Source of the DNA: Candidatus Atelocyanobacterium thalassae
GTDB taxonomy: Bacteria; Cyanobacteriota; Cyanobacteriia; Cyanobacteriales; Microcystaceae
Direction: 5' to 3'
NCBI GenBank assembly: GCA_051971635.1
Contig: JBFPLN010000001.1
Location: 224,001 to 288,000, forward strand
DNA length: 64,000 bases
In this document: positions 56,252 to 64,000 of the stretch, piece by piece
Numbering within the stretch: position 1 is the first letter of the stretch
How the letters are laid out: each line of letters begins with the position of its first letter
Made by a program: the position numbers and the translations under genes
Notes under the pieces: generated by a model
What the model was told of the DNA's origin: nothing
The model's input: the letters and a program-made list of their open reading frames with translations, nothing else
The model's database searches: none

Positions 56252-56455
56252 TTAGGAAATATTAGTTTTATTATTGGTGATAGATTTGTTGCTTGACTTA
56301 TCATGAGAATTCTCTTCAAAGAACACTGGTTTACTAGGGGTAACTGACATTTTATAAAAAATAGCATATGCTAAGAAAGAAATACCACCAAAAAAAAGAA
56401 AAACTCCGATCAATGCACCTGAAATAATCTGGGAAACTTTAGATAGACGATTCAT
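56252..56455 (-). CDS. Small membrane-anchored protein, probably the truncated N-terminus of a cyanobacterial SH3-domain protein
   Basis: MNRLSKVSQIISGALIG...TPSKPVFFEE: TM helix plus PxKPxFxEE motif, ending in a low-complexity linker. Confidence 0.55.
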   Translation of the reverse strand: MNRLSKVSQIISGALIGVFLFFGGISFLAYAIFYKMSVTPSKPVFFEENSHDKSSNKSITNNKTNIS

Positions 56456-56777
56456 ATTTATTTTGTAATACAATTATAAAAACTAGAATAGTAGTTAGCT
56501 ACATATTAATTATCTGAACTATATATGGAATTTGGTTAGAAATAAATCTGTTAGGACAAATTATAAGAATATTCTTTACTTTGCATTTAAGATATTACTT
56601 CTCACAACAGTCATTGCACATATAATCTCGATAGATATATCTTAGACTTAAATATAAAATTTTATATCTAATAAATGTAATCTTTATGATTTAGGTTTTT
56701 CATAAATTCATTAATTCAATATTTAACAATAAGTTCAATATAACAATTAAATCCTTGGTCCTAGTATTGTTAGTTTT

Positions 56778-57240
56778 TCAATGCCAAAAACTTTCTTACC
56801 AGATATTTCCCAACCAACACAATATCACTAATTGATAAAACCCTTTATCATAAACAAATACTAATTAGTAATATTGAACGTTGAGATAGTGTACTCTAGT
56901 GTTGAAGTTTGCTGCTTTGAATATAATCCTGTGTCTATTAAACAGAGAAAAAGGTCTTGTTCTTCAAAAATTTCGATAAAAATGACATATATATCTTTCT
57001 TATTATCCAAATTTCTCTAATAATGGTTCTAAAACATTTTTATATACAATTTTAAATTCTAAAAAACGATGAGCTTTTTCAGTAATCATTTTCAATGATT
57101 TTGAAGAATCAAAAGAATTTTTAGGTTATAAAAACTTTATTATCCATAATCTGTTCAACAGATATCCTACCCTCTAGCTCTCGAGATAAAAAAACTAAAT
57201 TATTACATCTAAAGAGTACTCTTAGATATTCATTCGCACA
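56778..57240 (-). pseudogene. Possible eroded gene remnant, identity unknown
   Basis: Protein-like segments interrupted by stops and a frameshift (e.g. AHRFLEFKIVYKNVLEPLLEKFG**ERYICHFYRNF*RTRPF...FKAANFNTRVHYLN) within a 1.5-kb gap lacking credible genes. Confidence 0.3.
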
Positions 57241-57982
57241 TAAAAAGTATTAGAAATGTAATTAATAAATAAAACGGCACTACAAATAATAGTATCTTGA
57301 AAATTTTATGTAATTATTTCTACTTTCTTTAATATATAAGATAATAACTGTTAACATCTCAGGCATTGAATTATTTTCTTAAAAAGAATTAAGATAATTT
57401 AGCTTTATTTATATATAGTAAGTAAGTTTAAACTTGTCTTAGTGGAATTTTTCTTAGTTATTAAAATCTCCTTTTTTAAAAATTATTAAATAAGTCTTCC
57501 ACTAAAATAAATATGTATAACTTTTATATTAAAAAATCTTGTCTAACTGTTTTAAAATTATTTTTTAATTTTTAAGGTACTTTATTACGATGTCTAAGTA
57601 CAATAAATTTATCATTTTCTTATCATGCTTGATGCCCATAAGTAAGTAATTAAAGATTCCACTATAAGTTAGTTTAATTCCAACAAAAATAACAAAGTTT
57701 GTACGAATAAAGCTAATTATCTTTTTTATACTATGAGATATTAAGAATAGAGTATTCAATATAGTCTCAGATAATTTTTAGGTTAGTAATTTAAATTTTT
57801 AGTAATTTCTAGTCTTTAGAAAAATAAAAGCAATATATTGTTATATTAAAAACTATGAAATCATAAATTTTGTACAGTATCTAAATAGTTAAGTCATTTT
57901 TATGATTGATTTTATTTAAATAAATTATTCTCTCCAGAAGATGAGAGAATAATATGTCCAGTAGTTGTGAGGAAAACTTTAA

Positions 57983-59803
57983 ATGCGGCTATCCCAAGTG
58001 TTGTTTGTGACTTTACGTGAAGATCCTGCTGAAGCAGAAATAATAAGTCATAAATTGTTGTTAAGAGCTTGTTATATTCGTCGTGTTAGTAGCGGTATTT
58101 ATTCTTACTTGCCTTTAATGTGGCGAGTATTGCAAAAAACTTCTCAAATAATACGAGAAGAAATGAATTTAGTTGGAGCTCAAGAATGTTTATTACCTCA
58201 ACTACAGATATCAGATTTATGGAAAGAATCAGGTAGATGGGAAACCTATACTAAAGCTGAAGGAATTATGTTTTCCCTAATAGATAGGCAAAAAAAAGAA
58301 TTAGCTTTAGGGCCAACTCACGAAGAAGTTATTACATCAATAGTTAGAGACATGATTACATCATATAAACAAATGCCTCTAAATCTATATCAAGTTCAGA
58401 CAAAATTTAGAGATGAGATCCGTCCTCGTTTTGGTTTAATGAGGAGTAGAGAGTTCATCATGAAAGACTCTTATTCTTTCGATGAAAATTTAGAAAATTT
58501 ACAGAAAAGTTATAGTGCAGTGAGCCAAGCCTACTGTAATATTTTTGAACGTTGTGAACTGTCTTTTCAAATTGTAGAAGCAGACTCTGGAGCAATAGGT
58601 GGTCTGGCTTCTCAAGAATTTATGGTTTTAACAGATGTTGGAGAAGATGAGATCTTATACACAGAAGATGGTAGTTATGCAGCTAATATAGAAAAAGCAA
58701 ACTCTATACCTTATCCAGAAAATATATCACCTTTTGATAGTTATGAAGAGAGAGAAACTCCAAACTGTAGCACAGTTAAAAAACTGTCTGAAATACTCAA
58801 TTGTTCTTGTAGCAATATTGTTAAAAACTTATTATATAAAGCAACTTATGATAATCAAAAAAGTATATTAGTTTTAGTAAGTATTCGAGGGGATCAAGAT
58901 GTTAACGAAGTAAAACTTAGTAATGAATTAAACTATTTAGCTTCTAAGTACGAAGCATTAACATTATTGACTTTACAAATCTTTGATCAAGAATCTATAT
59001 CAAAGTTAGCTGATAATATTCTACCATTAGGTTATATTGGTCCAGATATAGAAGCTACTTGCATTAGTTCTAAAAAAGATATCAAATTTTCTCTTTTAAA
59101 AATTGCAGATAAGACTGTTGTTAATCTTAAAAATTTTGTTACTGGATCTAATAAGTTAGAGCATCATATTGTAGGAGGAAATTGGGGGCAATCTCACAAA
59201 TTACCAGAGTTAATTTTTGATATTAGAAAAGCTAAAAAAGGTGATAGAGTTTCTGAAAATAATCAAGCAAAGTTAGTGAGTAAGAGAGGCATTGAAGTAG
59301 GACATGTTTTTCAATTGGGAACAAAATACTCAGAAAAAATGAGGGCTACTTTCACTGATAAGGATGGTGAGGAAAAACCAATTATGATGGGATGCTACGG
59401 TATGGGAGTTTCCCGTTTAGTTCAATCTGCTGTGGAACAAAATCATGATAAAAATGGAATTATTTGGCCACTTGCAATAGCTCCTTATCACGTCATTATT
59501 ATTGTTCCAAATATAAAGGAAAGAAAGCAGATAGAAGTTGCAGAAAGAATCTATCATGATCTAAACAATATTGGGATAGAAACTATTTTAGATGATCGTA
59601 ATGAACGAATAGGTTCTAAATTTAAAGATGCTGAGCTTATTGGAATTCCTTATCAAATAGTAACAGGAAGAACATTAAAGGTTGGTAAAGTGGAAGTAGT
59701 AGAAAGAAGAACAAAAAATTCACAAGAAATTATCATTGAAGAATTACCTAAATTTTTTAATGAAATTCTGAAAAATATTAAGTTATTACCAAAATTTATC
59801 TAA
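57983..59803 (+). CDS. proS: Proline--tRNA ligase
   Basis: MRLSQ...[46 protein letters not shown]. Confidence 0.97.
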   Translation: MRLSQVLFVTLREDPAEAEIISHKLLLRACYIRRVSSGIYSYLPLMWRVLQKTSQIIREEMNLVGAQECLLPQLQISDLWKESGRWETYTKAEGIMFSLIDRQKKELALGPTHEEVITSIVRDMITSYKQMPLNLYQVQTKFRDEIRPRFGLMRSREFIMKDSYSFDENLENLQKSYSAVSQAYCNIFERCELSFQIVEADSGAIGGLASQEFMVLTDVGEDEILYTEDGSYAANIEKANSIPYPENISPFDSYEERETPNCSTVKKLSEILNCSCSNIVKNLLYKATYDNQKSILVLVSIRGDQDVNEVKLSNELNYLASKYEALTLLTLQIFDQESISKLADNILPLGYIGPDIEATCISSKKDIKFSLLKIADKTVVNLKNFVTGSNKLEHHIVGGNWGQSHKLPELIFDIRKAKKGDRVSENNQAKLVSKRGIEVGHVFQLGTKYSEKMRATFTDKDGEEKPIMMGCYGMGVSRLVQSAVEQNHDKNGIIWPLAIAPYHVIIIVPNIKERKQIEVAERIYHDLNNIGIETILDDRNERIGSKFKDAELIGIPYQIVTGRTLKVGKVEVVERRTKNSQEIIIEELPKFFNEILKNIKLLPKFI

Positions 59804-59804
59804 A

Positions 59805-59862
59805 ATATATATTAAAGAAGTTATGTATAGTCTGAACTATACATAACTTCTTTAATATATAT
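59805..59862. repeat. Perfect inverted repeat, 27-bp arms, 4-nt loop
   Basis: atatatattaaagaagttatgtatagt-ctga-actatacataacttctttaatatatat, starting 2 nt after the proS stop. Confidence 0.93.
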
Positions 59863-59950
59863 AATTATGAATAGTAACAGTCAACTATTTGATATTTCAC
59901 CTTAGATTAGCTTTTATTGTTGCAAATTTTAACTATTTTTTGTAATTTCT

Positions 59951-60838
59951 ATGTATAAAATTACGAGGAAAACAAAGCTTTTAGGAATTATCGGAGATCC
60001 TGTCGAACATTCACTCTCTCCGATTATGCATAACACAGTTATTTCTGAGTTAGGAATGGATTATATTTATGTTCCTTTCTCTGTTAAACAAAAACATCTC
60101 AGTCGTGCATTAATAGAGCTTGCTAGTATCGGAGTAGTAGGCTTTAATGTAACAATTCCCCATAAACAAACCATTTTACCTTTACTTTTTAAGACTACTA
60201 AAATTGCTCAACTAATAGGAGCAGTAAATACTGTTTGGTATACAAATGAGGGCTGGAATGGTACTAATACAGATATTGTCGGTATTTTAGCATCGCTAAA
60301 ACCGTTAAATTATTGTTGGTCAAATGTTAAACCTATCATTTTAGGATATGGCGGGGCTGCTAAAGCAGCTATGGTTGCTTTAGCAGAACTAGGATGTACT
60401 GAGGTTATCATAGTAGGACGTAATTATGACCGATTAAAAAGCTTTAAAGAAAATTGGTCAACTTGTGACCTTTTTGATTCTATTAATATTTATTGCTTTA
60501 GTGAATTGCCAAAAATATTGCATGAGACCCAGTTACTTATCAACACTACTCCTGTTGGGATGTTTCCTAATATTAACCAATCCCCTGTTGAAGAAAAACT
60601 CTTAAGAATATTACCTGATACAGCAATTGTCTATGATCTAATTTATACTCCAAGTTCAACTATCTTACTTCAAAATGCCCATAGCTTAGGATTAGCAACT
60701 ATGAATGGTTCAACAATGCTAGTTCATCAAGGTGTCGCAGCGCTAGAGTTATGGATACAACAAAAAGTTTCAACTGATTTAATGTATCATTCATTAAAAA
60801 ACTGCTTAAAAAAAAATGAAGTTGTTAACTTAAATTGA
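59951..60838 (+). CDS. aroE: Shikimate dehydrogenase
   Basis: GDPVEHSLSPIMHN, NVTIPHK, GAVNT, NTD, GYGGAA, NTTPVGM, YDLIY. Confidence 0.96.
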   Translation: MYKITRKTKLLGIIGDPVEHSLSPIMHNTVISELGMDYIYVPFSVKQKHLSRALIELASIGVVGFNVTIPHKQTILPLLFKTTKIAQLIGAVNTVWYTNEGWNGTNTDIVGILASLKPLNYCWSNVKPIILGYGGAAKAAMVALAELGCTEVIIVGRNYDRLKSFKENWSTCDLFDSINIYCFSELPKILHETQLLINTTPVGMFPNINQSPVEEKLLRILPDTAIVYDLIYTPSSTILLQNAHSLGLATMNGSTMLVHQGVAALELWIQQKVSTDLMYHSLKNCLKKNEVVNLN

Positions 60839-60920
60839 TAGTATATTCAGAGCAATAATTTAAGATAAATATTCATACATCATCTTTTTATTACTCCAAA
60901 ATATTGTTTTAAGCTTAGCT

Positions 60921-62114
60921 TCAATTGTGATTATCAGTCATACTAACAAAAGAAATTTTTAAGTAGTCATTCTCCATTTTAGCTCCTGAAGGATTAAGAG
61001 AAGCCAGAGATTGTGGTAGAACTAAGTTACGCCTATGATTACCGATTCTTATATTTAATTCATCACCAGTTTTATTAAGTTGAATTTGTTCTTTTGGAAT
61101 TCCTGGTAAATATAATTCTAAACTACACATACCTTTTTCTTTGGTTATACGAATGGTATCTTCTTGGTAATAAACTTGAGTTGGATCTTCATCTTTATAA
61201 AGTATTTCCTTCAATCTTTCTAATGATTCCATTCCACATAACTCCTGAGAAAATAATGGAACTTCTTTAACAGGCAGAGGATGGAAGTTATCATGAATTT
61301 CTTGTTTATAGATACTTTGACTACTTTTCCACTTGTCAAAAAAAGAATCATTAACCGTATCAGGAATAATTCTATTAGCAATTACTAAATCAGTAGAAAC
61401 ATTATACAAGCTTAAATAAGCATGTGCTCTTAATGATTCTTTTATCACCATTTTTTCTGGATTAGTAACTAATCTAACAGAAGTTTGTTTGTTATTTGTT
61501 AAAACTTTTTCTAAAGCTTCAATTTGTTCATAAAATTCGTAAGGCGCATCCATAACTTCTTTATTGGGTAATGAAAATCCAGCAATTGGCCTAAAAAGAG
61601 GCTCTACCAAAGGACGTAAAGCCACAGACATTCCCTGTAAAGGCTTATAGAATCTTCTCATATACCATCCGCCAACTTCAGGAATACTTAATAGTCTTAA
61701 TGCAGTTCCTGTAGGAGCAGAATCAATAATTAAAACATCATATTCTCCTTCATCATAATGACGTTTCATTCTGACTAATCCAAAAATCTCATCCATTCCT
61801 GGTAATATAGCTAATTCTTCTGCCTGCACTCCATCTAAGCCTCTAGCTTGTAAAACTTGAGTAATATATCTCTTTACGGCTCCCCAATTTCCTTCTAGTT
61901 CCATGAGAGCATCTAATTCAGCTCCCCATAATTTAGGACGAATTGCAACAGGTTTATGTCCTAGCTCCAAATCAAAACTATCAGCTAAGGAGTGAGCAGG
62001 ATCAGTACTTAATACTAAAGTTTTATAACCTAATTCAGCACATTTCATGCCAGTCGCAGCAGCAACAGAGGTCTTACCAACTCCTCCCTTACCAGTCATC
62101 AAAATTACACGCAT
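60921..62114 (-). CDS. ArsA/GET3-family ATPase with C-terminal HSP20-like domain
   Basis: [23 protein letters not shown]-terminal alpha-crystallin-like domain. Confidence 0.93.
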   Translation of the reverse strand: MRVILMTGKGGVGKTSVAAATGMKCAELGYKTLVLSTDPAHSLADSFDLELGHKPVAIRPKLWGAELDALMELEGNWGAVKRYITQVLQARGLDGVQAEELAILPGMDEIFGLVRMKRHYDEGEYDVLIIDSAPTGTALRLLSIPEVGGWYMRRFYKPLQGMSVALRPLVEPLFRPIAGFSLPNKEVMDAPYEFYEQIEALEKVLTNNKQTSVRLVTNPEKMVIKESLRAHAYLSLYNVSTDLVIANRIIPDTVNDSFFDKWKSSQSIYKQEIHDNFHPLPVKEVPLFSQELCGMESLERLKEILYKDEDPTQVYYQEDTIRITKEKGMCSLELYLPGIPKEQIQLNKTGDELNIRIGNHRRNLVLPQSLASLNPSGAKMENDYLKISFVSMTDNHN

Positions 62115-62396
62115 AGTTCTTTAAAAAATTAACTTGTTTCTTATATTATGAAGTATTTCAAAAGATAATTTATATAGTATCCATAAATATTAGTATTAAT
62201 CTAATTTTTAAATCAAAAATTTAGATATATCATTTTTCATAAATAATTTAACTTTATGGAGTAGTCATGCTTTTATAGAAAAAAATTTATCAATATGTAC
62301 AAGAATATTGAGATAAATATCTTGTGAGATCCAAACAAAAACTAAAGAAACATGTCTTATTAATTAACTTCTTCGTTTCTGCTGAAATACAAATTT

Positions 62397-63182
62397 TTAG
62401 ATATTTTTATTTTTTTCAGGTCTAAACAGATGGCTATGATCAGGATGATACAGTCTAGAACGATTGTTAAAGTTAGCTTTTAGAGCAGGACTAATAATAT
62501 AAAGAGTGGTACGAATAAGCTTTTCTTTTTCAGTAATTTCTGCCATTTTCTCTAAAGGAACAATTCGAATTACTTCATCTGGCCAACCAACTCGGAAACA
62601 GATAGCAACTGGAGTATCTGAAGGATAATGTTTAAGTAGTTCAGCTTGTGATTTCACTGCATGACGTGCTGCTAAATACAGGCATAGGCTAGATTTGTGA
62701 GAAGCTAATTGATCTAATTTTTCTAAACTAGGTACTTTTGATGCAACACCATCTATGCGTGTTAATATAATTGTTTGGACGAGCTCAGGAATTGTTAGCT
62801 CTGCACCAATTTTAGCTGCTGCTGCCTGAAAAGCACTAATTCCAGGAACTAATTCAAATTTAATATTTTCTTTAACAAGGAGAGCAATTTGCTCATGAAT
62901 TGCACTATAAAGTGTTAAATCTCCTGAATGCAGACGTACAACAGAATAACCGTTAATAATTTTTTCTTTTATTAACTCCATTATACTTTCAAGAGTTTTA
63001 TTTCCAGTAGGAATTAGTTGTGCATCTTTCCGGACATCTTGTAATATCTGTTTTGGAATCAAAGAATCTGCATACAAAATAACATCAGCTTGAGTAATTA
63101 TTTTATATGCTTTTAAAGTTAATAGTTCTGGATCACCTGGACCAGCGCCAATAAAGTAAACTAATGGTTTTAAGAAAGTCAT
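62397..63182 (-). CDS. cobM: Precorrin-4 C11-methyltransferase
   Basis: VYFIGAGPGDPELLT, YADSL, RLHSGD, PGISAF, ELTIPELVQTIILTR. Confidence 0.92.
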   Translation of the reverse strand: MTFLKPLVYFIGAGPGDPELLTLKAYKIITQADVILYADSLIPKQILQDVRKDAQLIPTGNKTLESIMELIKEKIINGYSVVRLHSGDLTLYSAIHEQIALLVKENIKFELVPGISAFQAAAAKIGAELTIPELVQTIILTRIDGVASKVPSLEKLDQLASHKSSLCLYLAARHAVKSQAELLKHYPSDTPVAICFRVGWPDEVIRIVPLEKMAEITEKEKLIRTTLYIISPALKANFNNRSRLYHPDHSHLFRPEKNKNI

Positions 63183-63332
63183 TACGTCTAGTTTTTAATG
63201 AATTTTAATAATATTAAAATAAGGTATTATGGTCTCGTTATTTGATAATTCAACTAAAATATTGTTGAATTTGTTAAGGAAGAAAATAGGGTTTGATATT
63301 TTTAATCTTATAAACTGAAGTAGCTATTAAAA

Positions 63333-63872
63333 TTAGAAACATAGATAATGCATAAATTCTGATGCAAGTTTTCCATTTAACTTTAATCTTTTTTGTAGTT
63401 CAGCCAAATCTTTAAAGTCACCTTCTTCTAGTCGACTTTTTACAATCTCTTCTGCCATTAAATCACTTATGGGGTGAATCTCTTTAAGCTCTTCCAAGGT
63501 CGCAAGATTTATATTAATTCTTTGTGGCATCAATGTACTTTCAGGGTCATAATAAGAAAAAGCTAAAATTTTTGCTAGAGGTTGAAGACGCTGAAGAGGA
63601 ATTTTTAGCGCAGCAGACATATCTTCTACAGACAAAATTTCTACCCCTGAGTTAATTAATTCTACTAAACTACGAGCCTGATGAATTGATACTCCAGGCA
63701 ATCTCAATAAATCGTCGATATTAGCCTTATCAATTTCAATTTTAACTCCTAATTCTTCTGCAATAGATATTTCCTCAAAAGAAGTAAAACGGTAATATGG
63801 ATCATTTTTAATACGTTCTCGAAGACTTCTTTTTTGATAGTTTAATTTATTTGCTAAAAAAGAAAATATCAT
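63333..63872 (-). CDS. ComEA-like helix-hairpin-helix DNA-binding protein
   Basis: DPYYRF, DLLRLPGVS, ININLATLEEL HhH motifs. Confidence 0.85.
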   Translation of the reverse strand: MIFSFLANKLNYQKRSLRERIKNDPYYRFTSFEEISIAEELGVKIEIDKANIDDLLRLPGVSIHQARSLVELINSGVEILSVEDMSAALKIPLQRLQPLAKILAFSYYDPESTLMPQRININLATLEELKEIHPISDLMAEEIVKSRLEEGDFKDLAELQKRLKLNGKLASEFMHYLCF

Positions 63873-64000
63873 AATAAAAATAATTTGTATTTTAAATATA
63901 GATAAAATCTACATTTAAGTTTTTATAAAATATTCTGAATTAAATGCTTCATAATTATTACATCTAATTAATCCTATCTAATAACTGACGACGTTTTTGT

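Noticed and set aside
57565..57759. 64-aa minus-strand ORF
   Set aside because: Non-ATG start, I/K/F/N-rich composition typical of random AT-rich DNA, and no motif.
3368..59862. Interpretation of the palindromes as MITEs, REP elements or CRISPR repeats
   Set aside because: The arms differ from each other, and I saw no target-site duplications, transposase, repeat-spacer periodicity or cas genes.
60921..62114. ArsA plus the ArsR regulator (39178-39594) as an arsenic-resistance system
   Set aside because: The genes are unlinked, no arsB/arsC is present, and the ATPase is the GET3-like type with an HSP20 domain that is widespread in cyanobacteria.
29315..63272. Shorter hairpins with 8-13 bp arms (e.g. 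29315-29338, 33140-33166, 41183-41198, 46891-46917, 52640-52661, 57924-57953, about 63248-63271) and imperfect ones (48854-48894, 50383-50423)
   Set aside because: Individually within or near chance expectation for very AT-rich DNA. They may belong to the same phenomenon but were not counted.
63333..63872. ComEA-like gene as evidence of natural competence
   Set aside because: A generic HhH protein with no other competence genes in the window.

Overview
AT-rich (roughly 30% GC by eye, not counted), gene-dense stretch of a reduced cyanobacterial genome. It carries about 50 housekeeping or metabolic CDSs (including mutS, grpE, pheT/pheS, murA, acpP-fabF, pyk, ugd, pyrB, hemN, acsF, glnA, clpP, zwf-opcA, pyrD, hemF, prlC, petN, ycf54, pdxJ, proS, aroE, cobM) and tRNA-Ala(GGC). 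The low GC, eroded spacers, near absence of HIP1 octamers and retained chlorophyll-cyclase and cytochrome b6f genes suggest a symbiotic diazotroph of the UCYN-A ('Ca. Atelocyanobacterium') type; this is inference, as no nif or rRNA marker is in the window. No IS, prophage or CRISPR array was seen. The most striking non-genic signal is at least 14 long (15-45 bp arm), perfect or single-mismatch, mutually unrelated AT-rich inverted repeats in intergenic spacers, several starting at a stop codon. Other notable items: a DUF2079 paralog frameshifted inside an A12 tract, two small ORFs missed by the ORF track (petN and a 44-aa membrane protein), a probable low-oxygen hemN/acsF pair, and truncated or eroded gene remnants around 56-58 kb.
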